Source: an uncultured virus (IMG/VR IMGVR_UViG_3300021378_000017) | Taxonomy: Duplodnaviria; Heunggongvirae; Uroviricota; Caudoviricetes | Strand: one strand, 5' to 3' | Virus record (IMG/VR): IMGVR_UViG_3300021378_000017 | DNA: 64,000 bases | Part shown: positions 8,767 to 16,868 of the stretch, piece by piece | Numbering within the stretch: the first letter of the stretch is position 1 | Layout of the letters: each line of letters opens with the position of its first letter | Notes under the pieces: model-generated | Seen by the model: the letters and a program-made list of their open reading frames with translations, nothing else | Told to the model about the DNA's origin: nothing | The model's database searches: none | Translations under genes and position numbers: made by a program

Positions 8767-8926
8767 CTCGCCTTACCAATTCATTACGGATTTTTTGTTT
8801 CTTCTTATTAGGCGTATGTTGTTTATCCAATGCTTCTTGTAATTCTGCAAGTGGGGTTGATTTTATGTAAAAGTTTTGGACTGATCCATCTCTATTCTTT
8901 ACTGATTCTTTAAATTTTATTGGCAT
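8759..8926 (-). CDS. 55-aa hypothetical protein
   Basis: MPIKFKESVKNRDG...KKKQKIRNELVRRGA; translationally coupled to neighbours. Confidence 0.6.
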   Translation of the reverse strand: MPIKFKESVKNRDGSVQNFYIKSTPLAELQEALDKQHTPNKKKQKIRNELVRRGA

Positions 8927-9519
8927 TATACTTCTCCAGTTATATGCTTATATATGTCTTTCCACTTCCAATACCTTGGAATATCTCCTTCATAATAAGC
9001 GTTATGTTCATGAGCTACAAGAATTGAATTAAGACCAAATCCCTTTCCAACTTCTGCATTCTCTACTTTGTCTTCTACCCAAAAGCATTCTGTACCTTCG
9101 TACTTTTTAAGCTCTTCATCTTTATCAGCACCGCATGCAAGATAGATATAATCGTCAAATAACTCTTTACCAAAAAGTAATTCTAGATTTTGAGTTCTTA
9201 ATCTTTGAGCGTATTTATTATCACTTAAAGATGTAATACAATGGAATCTATAACCATGTAACATATTAAGTCTTTTCATGTAATAGACAGCATCTCTTAA
9301 AGGTGGTAAAAAAGCAATTGCAGCTGATTCATTAAACTCTTGAACACATTTCTTACTAAACTCTTGGGTCAAGTTAAATCTTTTAGCGACATTATATTGA
9401 GTGTAATCACTTGTTGGATAACCCTTATGGTTCATCCACTGCGTAAATGAGTATTCCCAATCACATAATACACCATCACAGTCTACTAAAATTATATTTT
9501 CTTTCATCTTTTTATTCAT
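8926..9519 (-). CDS. HAD-superfamily phosphatase / 5'-nucleotidase (T4 30.2-like)
   Basis: DCDGVL motif I, ITS motif II, K, WVEDK motif IV. Confidence 0.8.
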   Translation of the reverse strand: MNKKMKENIILVDCDGVLCDWEYSFTQWMNHKGYPTSDYTQYNVAKRFNLTQEFSKKCVQEFNESAAIAFLPPLRDAVYYMKRLNMLHGYRFHCITSLSDNKYAQRLRTQNLELLFGKELFDDYIYLACGADKDEELKKYEGTECFWVEDKVENAEVGKGFGLNSILVAHEHNAYYEGDIPRYWKWKDIYKHITGEV

Positions 9520-9549
9520 CTTTTCTTTATTTGTTTATTTAATATGTAT

Positions 9550-9578
9550 ATTATACCATTATTATACACATTTGTACA
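9550..9578 (-). promoter_or_regulatory. Early promoter TGTACA-N17-TATAAT
   Basis: Motif repeated 14 times in the window; partial upstream repeat TGCAGAAAACCC. Confidence 0.8.
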
Positions 9579-9590
9579 GGGTTTTCTGCA

Positions 9591-10037
9591 TTATTTCTCT
9601 TGTTTTTTAATCCTTTCGCGTAAGGACGTAGAAGAAAAAGAGTGATCTCTAGTGTTATAAACTATACGAATATTCCTTTCCTCGCATATGTTTTTACCAG
9701 TAAAGTCCTTATTTAAGTAATCGGATCCAATAATTCTTACATCAATTGGAAGTGAAAGAAATATATCCTTTAACTCTTCTTCTGTATTATAGATAATTAC
9801 ATCGTCGACATACCTAACTGCAGCAACTTGTAATTGACGTTCAACTATGGATTGAACAGGTTTGTTTTTACTTGGCCTATCAAGTGTAGGATCACACTGT
9901 AATGCTACTACTAAATAATCGCATTCGTTTTTAGCTTCAGCTAACATTGTAATGTGTCCTGCATGAAGTAAATCAAAGGCACCACATGTAATACCTACGT
10001 GGCCCTTTGATTCATAATTTTGTAACCACTTTAACAT
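9591..10037 (-). CDS. TagD-like (glycerol-3-phosphate) cytidylyltransferase
   Basis: TCGAFDLLHAGH, ER...AVRYVD, R.HSFSSTSLR. Confidence 0.85.
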   Translation of the reverse strand: MLKWLQNYESKGHVGITCGAFDLLHAGHITMLAEAKNECDYLVVALQCDPTLDRPSKNKPVQSIVERQLQVAAVRYVDDVIIYNTEEELKDIFLSLPIDVRIIGSDYLNKDFTGKNICEERNIRIVYNTRDHSFSSTSLRERIKKQEK

Positions 10038-10246
10038 TATTTAAAATAGTTTTCCAAAACTTCATATTTGTCGATGTATTCAGCCATTAAACCAAGCTCT
10101 TTTTCAAGTGTTTCCATTTGGTCTGAATGTTCACCAACTGATACGTGATTGCTTAAAATAATATCTGCATTCATCTTATGTTTTGCAGCCTGAGCTTGCA
10201 TGTATTCCATCGATGTTTTTACCATCTGATCTCTAAAGTTTTTCAT
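10037..10246 (-). CDS. Conserved hypothetical protein of marine T4-like phages
   Basis: VGEHSD.METLEKEL motif; GGAG RBS before the ATG at 10246. Confidence 0.6.
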   Translation of the reverse strand: MKNFRDQMVKTSMEYMQAQAAKHKMNADIILSNHVSVGEHSDQMETLEKELGLMAEYIDKYEVLENYFK

Positions 10247-10247
10247 A

Positions 10248-10931
10248 TTATCTCCCGAAAATCTTACGTTTTTTGTATTCAGCAATTGTCTCTAATAACT
10301 TATTGCTCCAATTATCGCGATGTTCAACGAAAACTTGTGCACCTTCGTCTCCTGCGATTACAGTTACCAATTGTGTAATTGGCATTCCTGTTCTTTCTTC
10401 CCACATAATAGCATATGCAGTTTCTTGAATAAAATAGTTTTCACACCATTCTTTTCGCTTATGTTTGGCTGCTGTTTTATAATCTATAATAGAATTTTTA
10501 CCATCCCATACACCTACACAATCGACTCTTCCGGCCAATCCTAAGTGTTTAGAATATAGTGCTGCTTCTTGTGCATAAACCAAGCTTAGCCTTTCATCTA
10601 AAATCTTTTTAACTTCAAGAAAATTAGAAGTAACAATTGGATTTGCACCATCTAAATAATCTTCATCGTTATCTACGTATTTCTCTAATACAGCATGTAC
10701 TTTTGTGCCTCTTGTAGAAGCTCTTCGTGATATCCTATTGGCTTCTTCTTCACCAACACGAGCTCTCCAAGCACGAATATGATCTTCGCTTAATATTGAA
10801 AGTACTGTTGTAACACTAGGATAGCGATTATTATCAGGATCGGCGTATTCTCGCCCAGAGCCAGTAGATTGTGCAGTAAGGTCTGTATAGCCAAGATCAA
10901 TTGGTTCATGTTTAAAGTTTCCCATTTTCAT
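10248..10931 (-). CDS. PD-(D/E)XK (Cas4-like) exonuclease
   Basis: YPSVTTVL, RGT.VH, AGRVDC, IIDYKT, YFIQETAY. Confidence 0.85.
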   Translation of the reverse strand: MKMGNFKHEPIDLGYTDLTAQSTGSGREYADPDNNRYPSVTTVLSILSEDHIRAWRARVGEEEANRISRRASTRGTKVHAVLEKYVDNDEDYLDGANPIVTSNFLEVKKILDERLSLVYAQEAALYSKHLGLAGRVDCVGVWDGKNSIIDYKTAAKHKRKEWCENYFIQETAYAIMWEERTGMPITQLVTVIAGDEGAQVFVEHRDNWSNKLLETIAEYKKRKIFGR

Positions 10932-11595
10932 ATAATTCCTTTGTCATAATAAAGTCTCTTACGAATCCACTTCGTACGATATCTTCCCATGAAAATTCGA
11001 TATGATCAAAATATTTCATGTTTTTAATAATGTTAATAAATTCTTTAATTCCGTCTTTATCGCCATTTCTTGTAAAATCAGATTGGTAATAATCACCTGA
11101 CATTATAAATCGGCAGTCTTCACCTAACCTTGTGATTACTGAACATAGCTCATGGTAATTACAGTTTTGAGATTCATCAACTATTACAATTGCATTCTTA
11201 ATAGTTAATCCTCTTATAAACGAAGTTGTAAGAAACTCTATATTTTTATTTTGGACCATTTTGGACCATCCATCGTTATCTTGAAATAAATCATTAACAA
11301 TAGCTTTATAAGGTGCAGTGTATGCATCTTCTTTTTCTTCTTGTGTTCCTGGTAAAAATCCCATATCTCTTGTAGGAACAGCAGAACGAACAATAATAAC
11401 CTTACTGTATTCTTTCTTTAAGACAGCTTCTAATGCAAGATATAGTGATATAAAGGTTTTACCTGTACCTGCTGAACCATCTAAACACATATGATTACCA
11501 GAAGCAAATGAATCAAATGCTAATTTTTGGTTTTCTGTTAGTGGTTCTAATTTGGCTAAATGTTCAATTCTAAGTTTTGATGGCTTCTTATTCAT
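10912..11595 (-). CDS. phoH: PhoH-family ATPase
   Basis: GSAGTGKT, MGFLPG, FIRGLT, IVDESQN, ITRLGE, GDYYQSD, DIVRSG. Confidence 0.95.
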   Translation of the reverse strand: MNKKPSKLRIEHLAKLEPLTENQKLAFDSFASGNHMCLDGSAGTGKTFISLYLALEAVLKKEYSKVIIVRSAVPTRDMGFLPGTQEEKEDAYTAPYKAIVNDLFQDNDGWSKMVQNKNIEFLTTSFIRGLTIKNAIVIVDESQNCNYHELCSVITRLGEDCRFIMSGDYYQSDFTRNGDKDGIKEFINIIKNMKYFDHIEFSWEDIVRSGFVRDFIMTKELYENGKL

Positions 11596-11834
11596 TGTGT
11601 TTTAATCTTATCCCTATCCTGTGGTGGTAATCCACTTTTAATTCTATCTTGAACTTCTTTCCAACCGCCTCCAGCTCTTGTTAATATAGATTTATTTCCT
11701 TCGTAACCTATATGAGATGGAGATATAACTTGCTGAATATTTGGATCTTTAACATATTCTTCCATATCAGCAATTGACATCATTTTAGTTTCTACTTCAC
11801 CAGTTTCTAAATTTTTAAAATCATACATTGGCAT
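11592..11834 (-). CDS. Conserved hypothetical protein (MPxYDF family)
   Basis: MPMYDFKNLETGE...GGWKEV; likely start at 11834. Confidence 0.6.
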   Translation of the reverse strand: MPMYDFKNLETGEVETKMMSIADMEEYVKDPNIQQVISPSHIGYEGNKSILTRAGGGWKEVQDRIKSGLPPQDRDKIKTQ

Positions 11835-12375
11835 AATTAAACCACTCCGGTACTTCTCGTTTAGTCCAAGCCATGTTGAACCTGTGTTGTTTTGTTTCAT
11901 AAAATTTACGATAAGACGTAATAGGACATTCTGATATACATTCCGGAAATGAAGCCATTGCTAATTTAAACGGTGTCATTGGTATTTGAGGAATATTATC
12001 TGGTGTATCATATAACTCACCTCTGAGTTTTGTATCTGTCGCATGTATTTTACCATATCTGTATGTATACTCATCACATAAGGCTACAAAATGTTCATAG
12101 TGCCATTTGTAATTATGTACTGATTCTCTAGTCCATACTGTAGATGGATGATTAAAATGACATGCTTTATAGAGAATATCTTCTCTTTCGTCATTCAGTT
12201 TAAAGTATTGTAACATGGAACCAGACTTCGATGGCCTACGTTCCATTACACCATCAAGCATACGATGTACTGTAGAAAGCATTTGTGCTGATTCTACAAT
12301 CATTTTGACCACATGTTTATCGCATTGATCTTGTGCCGCTTTCACTGGATCATCATTTAAAATAAATATATTCAT
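11821..12375 (-). CDS. Pyrimidine-dimer DNA glycosylase (DenV-like) family protein
   Basis: MNIFIL...DKHVVKMIVESAQMLST, H.NHPSTVW, EYTYRYGK.H. Confidence 0.75.
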   Translation of the reverse strand: MNIFILNDDPVKAAQDQCDKHVVKMIVESAQMLSTVHRMLDGVMERRPSKSGSMLQYFKLNDEREDILYKACHFNHPSTVWTRESVHNYKWHYEHFVALCDEYTYRYGKIHATDTKLRGELYDTPDNIPQIPMTPFKLAMASFPECISECPITSYRKFYETKQHRFNMAWTKREVPEWFNYANV

Positions 12376-12623
12376 AATCTAGAAATTTGCCCTAGTAAAT
12401 TATCAACTTCTGGATCGTTAAGGTAACCAATTACATCTCCTGTAATTGGTGTATCATAACATAAGTTGCCTGCTTCGTCAAGAACAGCAAGTTCCCAAAG
12501 GCCCTTTTTATATCCATAACTATTTTTATGTCTTACGACACTTGCACCATATCCGTTAGGAAATTTAAATACTTTTTGTATACCACCGTTGTATACGTTT
12601 TTTTCAATTAAAAATTCATTCAT
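12372..12623 (-). CDS. Conserved phage hypothetical protein
   Basis: FPNGYGASVV...GLWELAVL...YDTPITGDVIGYL. Confidence 0.65.
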   Translation of the reverse strand: MNEFLIEKNVYNGGIQKVFKFPNGYGASVVRHKNSYGYKKGLWELAVLDEAGNLCYDTPITGDVIGYLNDPEVDNLLGQISRL

Positions 12624-12654
12624 AATATATTTCTTTATTAGTTTATATGTGTAT

Positions 12655-12683
12655 ATTATACCATATTATGTACATGATGTACA
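12655..12683 (-). promoter_or_regulatory. Early promoter TGTACA-N17-TATAAT
   Basis: Consensus match. Confidence 0.75.
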
Positions 12684-12737
12684 CCTTTTATATGTAATAT
12701 GTGTATATTATGCCGTTTTATAAACATGTTTAGTAAA

Positions 12738-12763
12738 AGTTAACCCCACGAGTGAGGTTAACT
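12738..12763 (-). terminator. Probable intrinsic terminator
   Basis: AGTTAACC...GGTTAACT stem followed by TTT on the minus strand. Confidence 0.55.
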
Positions 12764-12769
12764 CCATGG

Positions 12770-12934
12770 TTACCTCCCCATATATACCTGTTCAAGATCT
12801 TGAAGATTCTTTTCCATATATAATACCTTTTTAGCCATTTTATATGCCAGAACTTCTTTGCCTTTTTTAATTAATCTCATTCTATAATGTTTAGTTTCAA
12901 TGATATCTCGCCTCAATCGATGAATCTCGTGCAT
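12770..12934 (-). CDS. 54-aa hypothetical protein
   Basis: AAGGAG RBS; MHEIHRLRRDIIETKHYRMRLIKKGKEVLAYKMAKK... Confidence 0.6.
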   Translation of the reverse strand: MHEIHRLRRDIIETKHYRMRLIKKGKEVLAYKMAKKVLYMEKNLQDLEQVYMGR

Positions 12935-13011
12935 GGATTCTCCTTGTTGGTTAGTTAAAATTTAAAAAAACATAATATAGGTATTGGGTTCTCCTGTTAA
13001 GTTAATTTTAA

Positions 13012-13485
13012 TTAGATTGCTTTATCAATAATAGCGTCATCTAACACCATATCACTAAATAGGTCAGGCCATACTTCTGCTACCATTTTTTTAGTAACAC
13101 CACCGAATTTACCGGTGAACGCCTTGTCCTTCATTGCAATAAGAATATCGGCTTCGTCAGGATGTACTGATTCTAACATGTCGATAAACATTTTTTCTAC
13201 CTTACTGTTTGGTAATCCCTTTGCTAAAGGATGACCTTTAACAAAGTAAGGTAATCTTTTCTGCTCTAAATGCAGATTACTAGAACTATGTCCTATAGGT
13301 GCATCGTCCTTTTTGTAAGGTGGCACACCCTCAGGAAGATTCCATTCTACAATGGGATCCCAAGCTCCTTTAAGTACTGTAATTAAGGCAACTGAATAGT
13401 TGTCTTTTAGATATTTTTGCTTCTCAGCTTTTCCTCTTTTTTTACCGGTATTAGTTAATACCTCAGAGATTAATAAATTAGCCAT
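13012..13485 (-). CDS. Conserved T4-like hypothetical protein next to rnh
   Basis: WNLPEGVPPYK, MFIDMLESVHPDEA. Confidence 0.65.
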   Translation of the reverse strand: MANLLISEVLTNTGKKRGKAEKQKYLKDNYSVALITVLKGAWDPIVEWNLPEGVPPYKKDDAPIGHSSSNLHLEQKRLPYFVKGHPLAKGLPNSKVEKMFIDMLESVHPDEADILIAMKDKAFTGKFGGVTKKMVAEVWPDLFSDMVLDDAIIDKAI

Positions 13486-14338
13486 TGTAAAATTCCTCCG
13501 CACATTCAACCAGATTCTTCAATCTGTTTTTAATTAGATAGTTTAAAACTTTCATTCGCATAGCTGGCTTTTGCTCTACAAAATTATTTATAATAGTTTG
13601 AGATAGATCAACCGGGATTTCTTCCAAATCAATAAGTTTTTTATTTCTTTGGTAATTTCTGAATTCCTCAGTTGTCATCACTTCTTGTAACTTATCGGAG
13701 TTTTCTAACCAATAAGCTATTTTCTTTTGTGTCATTGGCGATTGCCTAATTTCATCAACAAAAGAGTTATCAGGTGATAGTATATTTGGTATACCATCGC
13801 CTTTGTCGCCACGACATATATGTTCAAAACAATATGTCCTAGGATTTTTATCTGAAACAGCTTTCTTTTGAATTGGTGAAAACTGTTTCACATTTGAATA
13901 TTTGTGTAATTGTATAAAATCTTTATCAGAAGATATAATCATTACTGGTTCATGATTGCCAAACTCTTGAGTATTTTGTACTAGAGCACCAATAATATCA
14001 TCGGCTTCTGCACCTTCCATATGTACTACTTTATATGGAAAATTATCTTTAAGTTCTTCTCTAACTAAATTTAGAATTCTGAATACTTCATTCCAATCCA
14101 TAGTTGAATCAGTTTCTGCTCTCTTCTTTTTTCTATGAGCTTTGTATTCTGGAAAAAAGCTTTTTCTCCAGGTATTCATACCATCAGCACATATAACCAT
14201 TTGGCCATACTCATTTCGGTATTTTTTATTATACATTCTAATACTGTTTAGTATCATATGTCTAATCATTTTTTCATCATTTAGTTTTTGCACTATAATA
14301 TTTGATAGTGCGATTTGGCTATAATCAAGTAATATCAT
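13478..14338 (-). CDS. rnh: T4 RNase H (5'-3' exonuclease)
   Basis: WRK..FPEYKAHR, EADDIIG, SSDKDFIQL, GDKGDGIPN. Confidence 0.93.
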   Translation of the reverse strand: MILLDYSQIALSNIIVQKLNDEKMIRHMILNSIRMYNKKYRNEYGQMVICADGMNTWRKSFFPEYKAHRKKKRAETDSTMDWNEVFRILNLVREELKDNFPYKVVHMEGAEADDIIGALVQNTQEFGNHEPVMIISSDKDFIQLHKYSNVKQFSPIQKKAVSDKNPRTYCFEHICRGDKGDGIPNILSPDNSFVDEIRQSPMTQKKIAYWLENSDKLQEVMTTEEFRNYQRNKKLIDLEEIPVDLSQTIINNFVEQKPAMRMKVLNYLIKNRLKNLVECAEEFYNG

Positions 14339-14723
14339 CTTCGTCGTCAACGTCCTCTACTGTTAATTGGTAATCTTCTAGTCTGAAAGCAACTAAAGCA
14401 GCTAATTTTTCATATGAATTTTCTAAATCTTCGTGTAGGATATGATCCATTCCAGCTCTTCTAAAAAATAAGCTAACAAGCATATTAAGAATAACCATAA
14501 AATCTTTATAGTTAACATCATCAGTATCTGATAGGTCAATATTAAGATCTGGATATTCTACTGATAATTCATCTAATGCTGATTGTATCAAATCCATAAT
14601 GTAATGAGCAACGTTAATAGCATCATCTTCGTTTTGAAGCATGATATCCATTCTTTCTTCTTCTACTTCAGCTAATCTACGTTCTGTAGGAAACTGAATC
14701 ACATTACTTTTTTCTGCTTTCAT
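14325..14723 (-). CDS. Hypothetical acidic protein
   Basis: NVIQFP N-terminus; early promoter directly upstream. Confidence 0.55.
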   Translation of the reverse strand: MKAEKSNVIQFPTERRLAEVEEERMDIMLQNEDDAINVAHYIMDLIQSALDELSVEYPDLNIDLSDTDDVNYKDFMVILNMLVSLFFRRAGMDHILHEDLENSYEKLAALVAFRLEDYQLTVEDVDDEDDIT

Positions 14724-14729
14724 AGTGTT

Positions 14730-14758
14730 ATTATACCATATATTCCATTAATTGTACA
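14730..14758 (-). promoter_or_regulatory. Early promoter TGTACA-N17-TATAAT
   Basis: Consensus match. Confidence 0.75.
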
Positions 14759-14761
14759 GTG

Positions 14762-15184
14762 TTATTTTAGCCCTTTTACTGCATTTCCACCAAGTCTAAC
14801 ATTGATAATACCGTTATAATAATTATCCGACATTAGAACCTCTTTATCGAATTGCTCTTTAGCTTCCAGGTAAGCACATTCACCTTTAGTTTTACATAAA
14901 TGTAGAATATTTCTATGGAAAATATCCTCACCCTGAGTTCTAACTTCTTCAGATAAAATTTTATTCGATCCAAAATACTTTCTCCAATCTGATTCTACTA
15001 ATGTTTTTTTCCTTCGCTTTCTAGTTTTTGTTTTAGGTAATGTTTTCTGACTCCAGAAAAATTTCTTTCCTATATACTTTTTACCATTGCAACGATTTGT
15101 TATTTCATAAACAAAGCCATAGTAATCATTACTACTAAAATTTTCTGGTGGGATAAACACCCTACCTTCATATAACCATTCCAT
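14762..15184 (-). CDS. GIY-YIG (Seg-like) nuclease
   Basis: GFVYEITN..NGKKYIGKK, YFGS, E, YYN. Confidence 0.8.
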   Translation of the reverse strand: MEWLYEGRVFIPPENFSSNDYYGFVYEITNRCNGKKYIGKKFFWSQKTLPKTKTRKRRKKTLVESDWRKYFGSNKILSEEVRTQGEDIFHRNILHLCKTKGECAYLEAKEQFDKEVLMSDNYYNGIINVRLGGNAVKGLK

Positions 15185-15192
15185 AATTATAT

Positions 15193-15363
15193 TTATGTAT
15201 TGTCTATATCGTCCCAATCTTCATCAAAATCTTCTTCTGGTTCTTTATAACCACAAAATGGACAATGTTTTGGAAGTAAGTCTGGATTATCGTCTTCGTC
15301 TATTTCGTAATAAATTTCAGAGGTATGAAAACATACACTGCATTCTATTATTGTAGTTGACAT
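15193..15363 (-). CDS. 56-aa zinc-ribbon protein
   Basis: ECSVC...HCPFCG then acidic tail. Confidence 0.65.
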   Translation of the reverse strand: MSTTIIECSVCFHTSEIYYEIDEDDNPDLLPKHCPFCGYKEPEEDFDEDWDDIDNT

Positions 15364-15596
15364 TAGATTATATCCTTAAATTGGTCCCATCCTCCGATTG
15401 ATTTTCCATCAATCTTTATTTGTGGAAAGGTTCTTGCAGTTGGAAATTTTGCCATCATTTCATCTCTATCAAAATCCAACCCTAGTTTATATACTGCTGT
15501 CTTAATATCAGAACTTTCTTGCATCATTGCTTGAGCCTTATGAACTGCCATGTCGCAAAAAGGACAATGATCTTTACTATAAATTTCTATATTCAA
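15363..15596 (-). CDS. nrdC: Glutaredoxin
   Basis: CPFC, TFPQI.IDG..IGG; downstream of nrdAB. Confidence 0.9.
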   Translation of the reverse strand: MNIEIYSKDHCPFCDMAVHKAQAMMQESSDIKTAVYKLGLDFDRDEMMAKFPTARTFPQIKIDGKSIGGWDQFKDII

Positions 15597-15787
15597 TTTA
15601 CTACTCCGTTAATTACCCAAAATGATAACAACATAAAACCAAACACTGCAACTTGTATTATTGCAGCCCAGAATATTTGTTTCATAGGATGTATTTCTGT
15701 TAATTTTTCTATCCAAGATTCACTTGGTGCTAGGTTTACTACTTGTAAAACTTTCTCAGGTTTAGTGAACCATGGTACATGCATCAT
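15593..15787 (-). CDS. Small membrane protein
   Basis: C-terminal TM helix. Confidence 0.5.
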   Translation of the reverse strand: MMHVPWFTKPEKVLQVVNLAPSESWIEKLTEIHPMKQIFWAAIIQVAVFGFMLLSFWVINGVVN

Positions 15788-16857
15788 AAGCTCAATCCTG
15801 ATAATGACTTTTGATCAACATCTTGTTTAACCCCACCTGTTACATATGAACTAATTTCAGTTTCCTGTGGAGCTACTTGTACGTTTCCACCACCAATCCA
15901 TTTCTCAGTCCATGGTAATGGGTTTATTTTAGGAACAGTGTAAGGGCATGTTAAACCTAGAGCTCTCATTCTCTTACAACCAATCCATTCAATATAATTA
16001 CCTAAAATGTTTTCGTTAAGACCAATCATAGAGCCATCTTTAAATAAATAATGTGCCCATTCTTTTTCTTGTTCTATAACTTTAGTAAATAATTTAATTA
16101 CTTCTTCTTCCATTTCCTTAGCAATTTTAATATAATCTTTATCTTCTTTTAATAAATTTTTAATTAAAACTGTTGTACCTGCCAAATGTGTATTTTCATC
16201 TCTAGCGATAAACTTGATAATTTTTGCGTTACCTTCCATTTTTTTAAGTTCAGCAAATGCCCAAGAACATGCAAATGACACATAAAACCTAATGCCTTCT
16301 AAAGCATTAGCTGACATTAAACACATGTATAATGCTCTTTTATGGTCAAGTTTATTTGTTGGACCTGCATTACAATCGATTAAATCGTCATAATATTTTG
16401 CAATATCGTTACCACAATCTAATATCTCTTTAACATTAAGCATACCATCAAAAACCAATGAAGGATCCGCATAAACATTTCTAATAATATGTGTATATGA
16501 TCTACTATGGATTGTTTCAAAGAAGCTCCAAGTTTCAATCCAGTTTTCAATTTCTGGTAAACTTGCGATTGGTAAAAATGCTAAGTTTGGTGCTCTACCT
16601 TGTACAGAATCTAAAAGAATTTGTCTTTTAAGATTACTTGTAAAAATGTGTTTTTCGTGTTCAGTTAATCCTTCAAAATCTTTTTTATCTTTTGAAATGT
16701 CTACCTCTTCGGGCCTCCAAAAGAATCCAAGTTGCTTTTCTGTGATTTTATCTATTTGTGGGTATTTTAAAACATCAAACCTTTGTATATCTACTGCTTC
16801 ATCTAAAAACATATTCTTTGTTAGATGAGATTTTTTATTTTTTTTCAGTATTGCCAT
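15784..16857 (-). CDS. nrdB: Ribonucleotide reductase class Ia beta subunit
   Basis: FFWRPEEVD, ETIHSRSYTH, LEGIRFYVSF, RDENTH, VAPQETEISSY. Confidence 0.97.
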   Translation of the reverse strand: MAILKKNKKSHLTKNMFLDEAVDIQRFDVLKYPQIDKITEKQLGFFWRPEEVDISKDKKDFEGLTEHEKHIFTSNLKRQILLDSVQGRAPNLAFLPIASLPEIENWIETWSFFETIHSRSYTHIIRNVYADPSLVFDGMLNVKEILDCGNDIAKYYDDLIDCNAGPTNKLDHKRALYMCLMSANALEGIRFYVSFACSWAFAELKKMEGNAKIIKFIARDENTHLAGTTVLIKNLLKEDKDYIKIAKEMEEEVIKLFTKVIEQEKEWAHYLFKDGSMIGLNENILGNYIEWIGCKRMRALGLTCPYTVPKINPLPWTEKWIGGGNVQVAPQETEISSYVTGGVKQDVDQKSLSGLSL

Positions 16858-16868
16858 TTATATATCCT

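Noticed and set aside
10248..10931. Cas4-like nuclease as a sign of CRISPR-Cas
   Set aside because: No repeat-spacer array or other cas genes seen; standalone exonuclease common in T4-like phages.
14762..15184. Mobile homing endonuclease element
   Set aside because: Only the short GIY-YIG catalytic domain with no evident DNA-binding extension or intron context; mobility unsupported.
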